64,000 nucleotides of DNA. It comes from a virus. Below the pieces are notes generated by a model. It saw nothing but the letters and a program-made list of their open reading frames with translations, searched no databases and was not told where the DNA came from. The stretch is taken from IMG/VR virus record IMGVR_UViG_3300023174_000061; one strand, given 5' to 3'. Shown here one piece after another: positions 29,207 through 38,116 of the stretch (its first letter is position 1; every line of letters starts with the position of its first letter). The translations under genes and the position numbers were made by a program.

Positions 29207-29857
29207 ATGAAACACTTTTATGTCTATTATTCCTATGAGGAATATGGAAGAGGTTATATTGGAAAAAGAGAATGCAGTTGTCTTCCAGAAGAAGATGTAA
29301 GTTATTTTGGAAGTTTTCACGATAAAATTTTCAACCCAACTCAAAAAATTATTTTAGAAACTTTTGATAGTGTAGAAGAGGCACTTGAAGCAGAATGTGC
29401 TCTTCATAATTTTTATGAGGTAAATAAAAATCCACACTTTGCTAATAGAGCAAAACAAACTTCTACTGGATTTTATTGTAATAAAGGACCAAGTAAAGAA
29501 GCAAACAAAAAAAGAAGTGAGTTGATGAAAACAGAATATAATCCTATGAGTAATCCAGAACTTAAAGAGAAAGCAAAAAAAAATTTGATTAAGACTTTGA
29601 GTAATCCAGAAATTAAAAAGAAAAAAAGTATAAGTGGAAAATTAGCACACAATCAACCAGAAGTAATTGAGAAACATAGACAGGCAGCAATCAAATCCCA
29701 TCAAAATCCGGGAACAAAAAGGAAACATATTGAGGCAAAACTTGGTGAGAAAAATCCTTGTTATGGTAAAAAATGGATTACGAATGGAAATGAAAACAAA
29801 TATATAAATGCTACTGATAAGGTTCCAGATGGTTTTCGGTATGGTAGAGTTTTATAA
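29207..29857 (+). mobile_element. GIY-YIG-type homing endonuclease with basic NUMOD-like tail
   Basis: YVY...GYIGKR...YFGS...EALEAE..N; GEKNPCYGKKWITNG. Confidence 0.8.
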
Positions 29858-29879
29858 ATAACTAAAAAGTATTAGTAAA

Positions 29880-30392
29880 ATGGACGCACAAGAACTTCGC
29901 AATCTTCAAGAAGCATATATGGAAGTTGTTATGAATGAAAATACTTCAGATAAATTGGCAGCAAAAGCAAAACAAGTTGCACAATCTACTACTTCATCTC
30001 TATCAAGACAAGAAGTGTATCGACTTCTTTCTTTAAAAGCAAAAAAACGTGCTTCTGGAGGTACTCCAGTTGAACGAGGAAAACTTAGAAGAAAAGTATC
30101 TTCTGTACCTCAGGCGGATTTTGATAGTGATTTGAGTAGAAGTGGATTAACACAATCTAAGAGAGATGAAAGAAGATATACATCAGGAGCATCTATTGGT
30201 CCTGGTGGAATAACTAAAAACCGCAAGAAACTTCGTAAGCAAAAGGTTATGGGAGAATTTGGAGAACAAGCAGACATCTACGACATCATCCTCTCACACT
30301 TACTTGATGAGGGTTATGCCGAAACACCAGAAGCAGCAGAAGCAATTATGGTGAATATGAGTGAAGAGTGGAGAGATAGTATTGTTGGGTAG
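29880..30392 (+). CDS. Late protein with acidic N/C modules and basic core, probable internal head protein
   Basis: TATAAATA at 29853; MDAQELRNLQEAY...MNE; DIYDIILSHLLDEGYAET...NMSEEW. Confidence 0.65.
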   Translation: MDAQELRNLQEAYMEVVMNENTSDKLAAKAKQVAQSTTSSLSRQEVYRLLSLKAKKRASGGTPVERGKLRRKVSSVPQADFDSDLSRSGLTQSKRDERRYTSGASIGPGGITKNRKKLRKQKVMGEFGEQADIYDIILSHLLDEGYAETPEAAEAIMVNMSEEWRDSIVG

Positions 30393-30433
30393 AAGTCTGA
30401 TATATAAGGGGAGTGTTTCTGCTCCCCTTTCTT

Positions 30434-30946
30434 ATGTCAAATGTAATATTAGAACTAGGTGGAAATCCAAATCGTTTGGATAAAGCAATAGAAGTTTTTA
30501 AGGAAAATCCAAATTCAATCATTATAATTTCAACAGAAGGAAGTTTGCAACTTTGTATAGATAAACTGAAATCTGCTGGCATACCAGATAATCAATATAT
30601 TTTTGATTATAGTGCTTGGGATACTGTAACTAATTTCACAGAAACTTATAATTTAATTAAATCAAAAACTCCTCAAAAGTTATTTGTAGTCACTGATGAA
30701 TTTCATATGAAGAGGTCATTAGTAATTGCAAATAATGTTTACTTCTCTACTGAAATTGATGTTATTCCTTGTCCTTATATGGGCGGAGATTTACAAAGAA
30801 TTGAAAAAGATTTGTTAATTTGGGGGGATTTTGTCCGTTCTTTAATATGGAAATTAACTGGTTATTTGTTTTATGATCCAAGTGTTAAAAATGAAAGAAT
30901 GCCTCAAATTAAAGCAGATGAAAAGTTAGTTAAAGAACTTTTATAA
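30434..30946 (+). CDS. YdcF/SanA (DUF218)-like protein
   Basis: LGG...R...A; DTVTNF; VVTDEFHMKRS. Confidence 0.75.
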   Translation: MSNVILELGGNPNRLDKAIEVFKENPNSIIIISTEGSLQLCIDKLKSAGIPDNQYIFDYSAWDTVTNFTETYNLIKSKTPQKLFVVTDEFHMKRSLVIANNVYFSTEIDVIPCPYMGGDLQRIEKDLLIWGDFVRSLIWKLTGYLFYDPSVKNERMPQIKADEKLVKELL

Positions 30947-30947
30947 A

Positions 30948-31361
30948 ATGAACTTTAATTTTGGCAAACAAAAACCAGATATAAAGCAATATGCAATTAT
31001 AGGAATTGTATTGAGTTCTATTGTAGGATTACTTTCCCAATGTACTGGAATTAAACAGAATAATATTTGGGATTTACTTGATGAAGTTCAAAGAAGATAT
31101 TTTCCTCATAGCATTATCAACGAGTTTATACTTAAAGATCCAGAGAAACTTGACCGAAGAATACATCGTGATGTTGATGCAGCAATCGCAGAATATGAAC
31201 GGTTGACAGGGGATGATGGAAAGGTTAGAATACCTTCACCACGATACTCAGAGAAACCACCAGACGGGTCTTATGCCCAATCAGTTCTTGGTGGTGAAAT
31301 GAGATTGTGTGCTCCTTGGGTTGACGACTGCCCAAAAGATGCGAAATTAATTCAGCGGTAG
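30948..31361 (+). CDS. Membrane-anchored hypothetical protein
   Basis: N-terminal hydrophobic stretch; stop codon lies inside tRNA-Gly. Confidence 0.65.
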   Translation: MNFNFGKQKPDIKQYAIIGIVLSSIVGLLSQCTGIKQNNIWDLLDEVQRRYFPHSIINEFILKDPEKLDRRIHRDVDAAIAEYERLTGDDGKVRIPSPRYSEKPPDGSYAQSVLGGEMRLCAPWVDDCPKDAKLIQR

Positions 31362-31412
31362 AATGTCTGCCTTCCAAGCAGAACGTCAGGAGTTCGAATC
31401 TCCTATTTCGCT
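31341..31412 (+). tRNA. tRNA-Gly(UCC)
   Basis: GCGAAAT/ATTTCGC acceptor, TCTGC-CTTCCAA-GCAGA anticodon arm, AGGAG-TTCGAAT-CTCCT T arm, U73. Confidence 0.93.
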
Positions 31413-31414
31413 TT

Positions 31415-31484
31415 CTTAACCAAATCTTAGTTGACAAATCAGAAGAAGTAGTTTAAGATGCCATTGTCTTAAGATTTGATTAAG
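31415..31484 (+). promoter_or_regulatory. Sigma70 promoter flanked by Pho-box-like repeats
   Basis: TTGACA(31431)-17nt-TAAGAT; CTTAACCA-AAT-CTTAG upstream and an inverted copy downstream. Confidence 0.5.
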
Positions 31485-31555
31485 ATATCTAAATAACAAA
31501 GATTTACCTAGTTGTAAATCTTCACATTATCGTTTAGTATAAAAAAACAAACTTT

Positions 31556-33139
31556 ATGAAAATCAAACAACTGATGCTTGCACCTGTTGCTCTTGGTATG
31601 ATTGCTCCTGTTGCTGCGAATGCCGCAGACCTTAACTTGGCAGCAGTCAATCAATACTCAACTGGAGAACAGGTTTCAAGCGTCACACAATTGTCTGATG
31701 TTCGTCCTACGGATTGGGCATACCAGGCACTCAGCAATCTTGTTGAGAAATATGGTTGCGTTGCAGGTTATCCCAACGGAACTTTCCGTGGCGGTAAGTC
31801 AATGACACGTTTTGAGGCAGCAGCTCTTCTGAATGCTTGTCTTGATCGTGTAACTGAAACCACAGATGAACTTAAAAAACTTCTTGCTGAGTTTGATACA
31901 GAACTCACAATTCTGACTGCTCGTGTGGATGGTCTTGAGAACAAAGTTCGTACCCTTCAGGCACAACAATTCTCTACTACCACTAAACTGTCTGGTGAAG
32001 CAAGTATGATCCTGGGAGGTATTCCTGGATATACTGCTGCTGGTGTAAAAGGTTATGGAAACACAACCTTTAACTATGACCTTCGTATCAACCTTGATAC
32101 ATCATATACTGGTCAAGATTTGCTGCGTACTCGTCTGCGTACTGGTAACTTCTCCAAGTATCCTTTTGGTACTGCCACTAACAACATCTTCAAACTTGAT
32201 AAAGCAGAAGATTGGAATAATGCAGTCTATGTTGATCGTTTATACTACCAATTCCCTGTTGGTAAGAATCAAGCAACCAAACTGACGATTGGTGCTCTGG
32301 TTCGTAACACTGAGATGGCATGGATTCCAACTGCATATAAGTCAAACATCCTTGATGTGTTTGCTGTTGGTGGTGCTGGTGCTGTCTATAATAAGGCAAC
32401 TGGTGAAGGTGTTGGTCTGCAATGGAAGCAACCTGTTGCAAAAGGCAAACCTGGATTTGTCTTTAATGCCAACTATGTTGTGAATGGTTCTGCCGTAAAC
32501 AGTTCCAATACAACTTGTACTGCTGGTTGTAAGAATGGTGCATCAGGTTCTGATAGTTCCTATGGTGTCTTCAATTCTGAGTCTGGTATCAACATCCTGA
32601 CCCAACTTGGTTATAAGGCACCTCAATGGGGTGCAGCAGTTGGTTATCGTTATGGCACTACTCAGTCTGGTGTTCGTGATGGTAATGGTGTTGCAGGTAG
32701 TGCTCTTGGTCTCGGTCAGTATTCCAATGCTGTTGCTGTCAACGGTTATTGGCAACCCAAGAAAACTGGTGCAGTTCCCTCAGTCAGCGTAGGTTATGCT
32801 TATAACTTTGTTGAAGGTAACTCCACTTCTACTGGTGCAACTGCTCAGAAACAAGCACAATCTTCCAGGTCTTGGATGGTTGGTCTTCAGTGGGATGATG
32901 CCTTTATCAAGGGTAATGCCGCTGGTATTGCTTTCGGGCAACCTGCAAACTCTGCTGGTGCTTCTGGTAACAATCCTTGGTTGGTTGAGTGGTTCTATAA
33001 GTACCAAGTATCTGACAACATCTCAGTTACTCCTGCTCTGTTCTATGCATCTGGTTCAAGCAATTCAACCACGAATGCTGCTGCACAACCTATGTTCAAT
33101 GGTTTGGGTGGCGTAATTCAGACAACCTTCAAGTTCTGA
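31556..33139 (+). CDS. som: Cyanobacterial Som-type outer membrane porin with SLH domain
   Basis: Signal peptide; SDVRPTDWAYQAL...GYPNGTFRG...TRFEAA SLH; QFSTTTKL; C-terminal TTFKF. Confidence 0.92.
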   Translation: MKIKQLMLAPVALGMIAPVAANAADLNLAAVNQYSTGEQVSSVTQLSDVRPTDWAYQALSNLVEKYGCVAGYPNGTFRGGKSMTRFEAAALLNACLDRVTETTDELKKLLAEFDTELTILTARVDGLENKVRTLQAQQFSTTTKLSGEASMILGGIPGYTAAGVKGYGNTTFNYDLRINLDTSYTGQDLLRTRLRTGNFSKYPFGTATNNIFKLDKAEDWNNAVYVDRLYYQFPVGKNQATKLTIGALVRNTEMAWIPTAYKSNILDVFAVGGAGAVYNKATGEGVGLQWKQPVAKGKPGFVFNANYVVNGSAVNSSNTTCTAGCKNGASGSDSSYGVFNSESGINILTQLGYKAPQWGAAVGYRYGTTQSGVRDGNGVAGSALGLGQYSNAVAVNGYWQPKKTGAVPSVSVGYAYNFVEGNSTSTGATAQKQAQSSRSWMVGLQWDDAFIKGNAAGIAFGQPANSAGASGNNPWLVEWFYKYQVSDNISVTPALFYASGSSNSTTNAAAQPMFNGLGGVIQTTFKF

Positions 33140-33227
33140 TAACCTCTAAGGTATAATATCCATTTATCCCCCGCAAGGGGGATTTTTGGTATTTAGTCAT
33201 TTATAAATACTTGAAAAGTATAGTATA

Positions 33228-33662
33228 ATGGAAAAGTTGTTTAAACAATTGAGTGATGCTCAGGCATCACTTTTTGTTCTATTCCAAAAGACTTGGATTT
33301 ATCACTGGGATGTTGTGGGTCCTGATTTTCAACAACTTCATACTCTCTTCGGTGGACAGTATGAAACCATGTTTGAAGAGATTGATACTCTTACAGAACA
33401 TATGAGATATTTGGGTATGAAACCAGTCAGCACTCTTACTAGAGTTGTGGAAGTTTCAGAAATCAAAGAAGCACAAAGTTCAATTGGTGCTAATGGAATG
33501 ATTACTGATTTGCTTGATAGCAATAAGAAACTTGTTGAGATGCTTACGATAATATCGGAAGAAGCAGATAGTCAAAAGCAATATGCAACTTCAAACTTAG
33601 TTCAAAGTTTTATGGAGACACACGGTAAATTTGTTTGGATGTTGAGATCTTTTCTTGAATGA
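33228..33662 (+). CDS. dps: Dps ferritin-like DNA protection protein
   Basis: YHWDVVGPDFQQLHTLF...D.L.E; K..WMLRS; TATAAATA at 33203. Confidence 0.9.
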   Translation: MEKLFKQLSDAQASLFVLFQKTWIYHWDVVGPDFQQLHTLFGGQYETMFEEIDTLTEHMRYLGMKPVSTLTRVVEVSEIKEAQSSIGANGMITDLLDSNKKLVEMLTIISEEADSQKQYATSNLVQSFMETHGKFVWMLRSFLE

Positions 33663-33713
33663 AAATTAATGGTATAATTGAAATACTTGATTAATTAAAA
33701 CGGATGAATCAAA

Positions 33714-33968
33714 ATGTTAAAGGTCAGATGCAAAATGTGCAACAAAGAGTTGCATTCGCACCCAACGCAGACTAAGTGTTGTGGATGCGACAATTTAACC
33801 ACAGTAAAAGATGATAAAATTACTGCATTAGATTTGAGTTTGGTGGAGTTAATATCAAAACCAGATCAAAAAAATAATTCTTCTTCTCTTTTTACAAGAG
33901 AAGATCTTGCCTATCAAGAAGCAAGAAGAAACCGTAAAGTTAGAAAAATGGAGTTTGAAATTAAATGA
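33714..33968 (+). CDS. Small Cys-rich hypothetical protein
   Basis: CKMC...CCGC motifs. Confidence 0.7.
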   Translation: MLKVRCKMCNKELHSHPTQTKCCGCDNLTTVKDDKITALDLSLVELISKPDQKNNSSSLFTREDLAYQEARRNRKVRKMEFEIK

Positions 33969-34123
33969 GTTGGGAATCCCCAAAACTTTCAAAAAATGAT
34001 ATTGAATTGCTTACTGTATCATTGGATGATTATATTTTTTATGCTAAACAAGATGGTGGACCAGATACAAAAGATGTAGAACGTCTTTTGATTAGATTGG
34101 AAGATCATTTAGATAAGTTTTGA
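33965..34123 (+). CDS. Small hypothetical protein (52 aa)
   Basis: Start adjacent to upstream stop; MSWESPKLSKNDIELL... Confidence 0.5.
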   Translation: MSWESPKLSKNDIELLTVSLDDYIFYAKQDGGPDTKDVERLLIRLEDHLDKF

Positions 34124-34184
34124 TTTTCACACAGTTGTAAAACTTAATAATTATAAATTATAGTATCTCATTGATACAAAACAA

Positions 34185-34334
34185 ATGGATCAACACACCT
34201 ACGATAATTGGGTGAAGATAAAAGAAACATTTGAAATGTCTGGAAATATGAAAAATATGTTTTACTTAAGAGCATGTGAAATTGTAAAAACAAAAAGAGA
34301 CCCTCTTGCTAAATTTCTTGGGGATCAAAAATAA
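34185..34334 (+). CDS. Small hypothetical protein (49 aa)
   Basis: MDQHTYDNWVKIKETFE.SGN...FY.RA. Confidence 0.6.
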   Translation: MDQHTYDNWVKIKETFEMSGNMKNMFYLRACEIVKTKRDPLAKFLGDQK

Positions 34335-34378
34335 GTCTTGACGGACTTCCTAATACCTGATATGATAACCTTATATTA

Positions 34379-34597
34379 ATGAAACGAATGGAAAAGTTTA
34401 CAGTAGAAGAATTTCAATCGGACTTTGATAATCTACTAGAGAGAGTAGAGAATGGAGAGTCTTTTATCATAACCGATCAGGGAAAAGAAGTTGTCATAAT
34501 ACCCGCAAAAGATTATGAGTACATTGTAGATACCGTTGATGGTATTGTGGATGAAGAAGTCATACGTATCCACACTGATCACGAAGAAGGTTCGTGA
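34379..34597 (+). CDS. Phd/YefM-like orphan antitoxin
   Basis: FTVEEFQSDFDNLLERVENGESFII; upstream TTGACG-17-TATGAT promoter. Confidence 0.7.
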   Translation: MKRMEKFTVEEFQSDFDNLLERVENGESFIITDQGKEVVIIPAKDYEYIVDTVDGIVDEEVIRIHTDHEEGS

Positions 34598-34603
34598 TTT
34601 CTT

Positions 34604-34691
34604 GCGAGTGAGACTTGGTAGTCAGAGGAGTTTTATAAACTCTTTCCGCCAGATTAGCGGCTTTGACCTGGTTCGAATCCAGGCACTCGTA
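34604..34691 (+). tRNA. Atypical tRNA with UAU anticodon (Ile) and long variable arm
   Basis: GCGAGTG/CACTCGT acceptor; GGAGT-TTTATAA-ACTCT; CCGC/GCGG variable stem; CCTGG-TTCGAAT-CCAGG. Confidence 0.8.
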
Positions 34692-34693
34692 CT

Positions 34694-34815
34694 AGTCTCG
34701 GGATGACTTAAAAAGCGCACTGGTCGGGACCCCCTCGAAGTCACGGAGAGACTTTAAAAGTACTGGTGGAGTCAATTATGACCCTGTTTTTTTCTTGCTT
34801 TTTTCAAGAGCAAGT
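34694..34815 (+). ncRNA. manA-type RNA motif, 5' part
   Basis: Two AGTC-NCGG-GACT...CTGG modules, then CTTGCT/AGCAAG; follows a tRNA, as recalled for cyanophage manA RNAs. Confidence 0.7.
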
Positions 34816-34854
34816 ATCCCATATAAATAAATGTAGTTGTATGGGATATATTCT

Positions 34855-35289
34855 ATGCCTACTAGAGAACAAAAATTAGAAGCAAAAAGAAGATACTATC
34901 AAAAAAACAAAAATAAAATCAATCAAGAGTCTAGAGAAATCAACACCAGATTGAGATATGAGAAAAAGAATTTCATTATAGAAAATCTTGGTTCTAAATG
35001 TTGTGAGTGTGGGACTACCGATTGTCTAGAAATAGACCATATTAATCCTGGACTAAAAAAAGATAGAAGATGTCTTTATGTTTGTTCTTGGAATAGAATA
35101 AAAAGTGAGATGGATAATCTTCAACTTCTCTGCACTTATTGTCATCATAAAAAATCGCAATTACAGAGAGATACTGCTTGGTTTTGTTTCAAGTCTCTTC
35201 CGTTAGAAGAACAAGAAAACTTAATGAATCAGTATGAAAAAGAAGGTTCCACTTTACCTTCTTGGTCCCCACAAGATAAGGGACAATAA
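34855..35289 (+). mobile_element. HNH endonuclease inserted in the manA-type RNA
   Basis: CCECG...LEIDHINP...NLQLLCTYCHHKK; TATAAATA inside TATCCCATATA/TGTATGGGATA hairpin. Confidence 0.85.
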
Positions 35290-35299
35290 AAATTCTTGT

Positions 35300-35366
35300 T
35301 GGTGCGGATGGGACTCTCTCCCGCCTGGTTTCCAATTTCCAGTTAAAGAATTGGTGGCGTGCATGA
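35300..35366 (+). ncRNA. manA/wcaG-type RNA motif, 3' part
   Basis: GGTGCGGATGGG..CCCGCCTGGTTTCCAATTTCCAG..AATTGGTGGCGTGCATG; upstream of gmd. Confidence 0.72.
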
Positions 35367-35377
35367 AAGACCTAACG

Positions 35378-35404
35378 GGAGAGTTGCATAAACTCTCCTT
35401 TTTT
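35378..35404 (+). terminator. Intrinsic terminator
   Basis: GGAGAGTT-GCATA-AACTCTCC-TTTTTT. Confidence 0.8.
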
Positions 35405-35432
35405 GGTATGATAGTAAAAAATATTTTATTAT

Positions 35433-36434
35433 ATGAAAGTTGCTTTAATTACTGGTATTACAGGTCAAGATGGATCTTATCTTGCTGAATTGCTCCTAGA
35501 AAAAGGATATGAAGTTCATGGTATTATTCGTCGTTGTTCTCTCATTAATACCCATCGTATCGATCATATTTACAATAAATTAAAGTTGCACTATGGAGAT
35601 CTAACTGATTCAACAAATCTTGTTAGAGTTATTAAGTTGGTTCAGCCTGATGAGATTTATAATCTTGGTGCTCAAAGTCATGTAAAGGTTTCTTTTGAGA
35701 TGCCTGAATATACAGGACAAACAGATGCATTAGGAACTTTGCGTGTTCTTGAAGCAGTTCGTTTGCTTGGGATGGAAGATAATGTTCGTATCTATCAAGC
35801 ATCTACTAGTGAAATGTTTGGATTAGTTCAAGAAGTTCCACAGAAAGAGACAACACCATTTTATCCCCGTTCTCCTTATGGATGTGCTAAAGTTTATGGA
35901 TATTGGATTACAAAGAACTATCGTGAGGCATATGGAATGTATGCTTGTACTGGTATTCTCTTTAACCACGAATCTCCAAGACGAGGTGAGACATTTGTAA
36001 CTCGTAAAATTACTCAGGCATTTTCTCGTATTTCTGTTGGTATGCAAGATTGTTTATATCTTGGTAATCTCAATGCAAAACGTGACTGGGGACATGCTAA
36101 AGATTTTGTTGAAGTTATGTGGTTGATGCTTCAACAAGATGATCCTGATGATTTTGTAATTGCGACTGGAAAGCAGTATTCAGTAAAAGAATTTGTAAAT
36201 GCTGCTGGACCTTATTTTGGTCTTCATATCGAATGGGAAGGAGAAGGACTTGAAGAGGTTGGGGTCGAAAAATTCAGCAGAATACCAATCATTCGTGTCA
36301 ATCCTAAATATTTTAGACCGACTGAAGTAGAGACTTTATTAGGTGATGCCTCTAAGGCAAAAGAAAAACTAGGTTGGGAACCTAAGATTTCTTTCGAACA
36401 ATTAGTTGAGGATATGTGTATTCATGGACAGTGA
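35433..36434 (+). CDS. gmd: GDP-mannose 4,6-dehydratase
   Basis: [45 protein letters not shown]. Confidence 0.97.
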   Translation: MKVALITGITGQDGSYLAELLLEKGYEVHGIIRRCSLINTHRIDHIYNKLKLHYGDLTDSTNLVRVIKLVQPDEIYNLGAQSHVKVSFEMPEYTGQTDALGTLRVLEAVRLLGMEDNVRIYQASTSEMFGLVQEVPQKETTPFYPRSPYGCAKVYGYWITKNYREAYGMYACTGILFNHESPRRGETFVTRKITQAFSRISVGMQDCLYLGNLNAKRDWGHAKDFVEVMWLMLQQDDPDDFVIATGKQYSVKEFVNAAGPYFGLHIEWEGEGLEEVGVEKFSRIPIIRVNPKYFRPTEVETLLGDASKAKEKLGWEPKISFEQLVEDMCIHGQ

Positions 36435-37353
36435 TAGTAAGATTTTGGTTGCTGGTGCCAATGGAATGGTTGGATCTGCAATTGTAAGAAACTTGAGAAA
36501 GAAAGGGTGCTCTAACATTATTGAAGCAACTCGTAATAGAGTTGACTTTACCGATCAAGAGGAAACCAAAGAATTTTTTGAAAGAAACAAACCTGAGTAT
36601 GTGTTTGTTGCTGCTGCCAAAGTTGGTGGTATTATGGCAAACAATAATTACAAAGGAGATTTTCTGTATCAGAACCTAATGATTCAGAACAATATTATTC
36701 ACTACTCCATGGTTAATGATGTAACTAAACTTCTATTTCTTGGTTCTTCTTGTATCTATCCTAAGTTTGCTACTCAACCAATCACAGAAGATCAGTTGAT
36801 GAATGGTTCTCTGGAACCCACGAATGATGCATATGCAATTGCAAAGATTGCTGGAATTAAACTTTGCCAATCATACAGAGAACAGTATGGGTTCAATGCC
36901 ATCTCATTAATGCCAACAAATCTTTATGGTCCTAATGATAACTTTGATTTAGAAACTTCACATGTTCTCCCTGCACTTATCTCTAAGTTTCATATTGCAA
37001 AAGAATCACATGCTCCTGTAGTAATATGTTGGGGAGATGGTTCTGCAATGAGGGAGTTTCTACATGTTGATGATTTGGCAGAAGCATGTTTTTCCTGTAT
37101 GCAAAACTATGATGATCCAGAACATATCAATATTGGAACTGGTGAAGATGTTAGAATATGGGAACTTGCAAAAATTATTTCTGATGTAGTTGGTTTTTCT
37201 GGGGAGATTTTGTGGGACTTTACTAAACCTAATGGAACTCCAAGAAAAGTTCTAAACGTGAATAAAATCAAATCTCTTGGTTGGGAACCTAAAATTAGTC
37301 TTCGTGAAGGTGTCGAAGCAACTTATGACTGGTATAAAAGACATTATGAATAA
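36424..37353 (+). CDS. fcl: GDP-L-fucose synthase
   Basis: [37 protein letters not shown]. Confidence 0.96.
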   Translation: MDSDSKILVAGANGMVGSAIVRNLRKKGCSNIIEATRNRVDFTDQEETKEFFERNKPEYVFVAAAKVGGIMANNNYKGDFLYQNLMIQNNIIHYSMVNDVTKLLFLGSSCIYPKFATQPITEDQLMNGSLEPTNDAYAIAKIAGIKLCQSYREQYGFNAISLMPTNLYGPNDNFDLETSHVLPALISKFHIAKESHAPVVICWGDGSAMREFLHVDDLAEACFSCMQNYDDPEHINIGTGEDVRIWELAKIISDVVGFSGEILWDFTKPNGTPRKVLNVNKIKSLGWEPKISLREGVEATYDWYKRHYE

Positions 37354-38116
37354 ATTAGATAAATTTCCAAAAATTTATTGTGCTAGTTTATTTGAATCTG
37401 AAGATAGAAGGAAAAATTTTAAAAATCAATTTTTGAAATATAATATTGAAGATATTAATTTTCTTTTATCCGAAAGACAATTAGAAAATGATTCTAGTGT
37501 TATTGGAAAATATAAATTTGTAATGGATTTGGGGACTATAGGTGCTACTGTGTCTCATTTAAAAATGATAAAAAAATGGTATGATGAAACTGATGAATCA
37601 TATGCTTTTTTTTGTGAAGATGATTTGAGTTTACAAACAGTACAGTATTGGAATTTTAATTGGAATGATTTTTTAATTGAATTATCAGATAATTGGGATT
37701 GTATTCAATTGATGTGTATTGGGAAAAATTTAAATTCAATTAAATTGAGAAGAAGATATTGGGATGATTGGTCTGTTGGTGCATATCTAATTTCTAGAAA
37801 GTATGCTAAAATATTAATAGATAGTTTTATATCTAATGAAAAATTTTTATTAGAATATCCAGAAGAACATTACTGGGCACCATTGGCAGAAAACTTAATT
37901 TATTATGCACCAAGATCTGTTATAGATCAAAACATTTTATATAATGTTTATACTTTTCCTCTTTTTGTTGAATCAATTGAATTTATTTCAACATTTCATG
38001 GAAAGTCATTGGAAGAAAAATATAAAGAGGATCATTTGGAATCTCACATTGAAGTTTTGAAGTGGTGGAAAAATATTGGTAAAGATTTAACTTTAAATGA
38101 ATTATTAAATAAATGA
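37346..38116 (+). CDS. GT25-like glycosyltransferase
   Basis: SL..S.DRR; SHL..IK; CEDD; AYLISR. Confidence 0.75.
   Translation: MNKLDKFPKIYCASLFESEDRRKNFKNQFLKYNIEDINFLLSERQLENDSSVIGKYKFVMDLGTIGATVSHLKMIKKWYDETDESYAFFCEDDLSLQTVQYWNFNWNDFLIELSDNWDCIQLMCIGKNLNSIKLRRRYWDDWSVGAYLISRKYAKILIDSFISNEKFLLEYPEEHYWAPLAENLIYYAPRSVIDQNILYNVYTFPLFVESIEFISTFHGKSLEEKYKEDHLESHIEVLKWWKNIGKDLTLNELLNK

Noticed and set aside
34163-34177. GTATC-TCATT-GATAC palindrome as an NtcA site
   Set aside because: The spacing is GTA-N9-TAC, not N8.
34379-34597. Complete toxin-antitoxin module
   Set aside because: No recognisable cognate toxin is adjacent; orphan Phd-like genes are common in cyanomyoviruses.
34628-34644. 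tRNA read as an ochre (UUA) suppressor that could explain the TAA at 45378
   Set aside because: The stem GGAGT/ACTCT centres the loop on TAT, and TAA is the normal stop throughout the window, so there is no sign of recoding.
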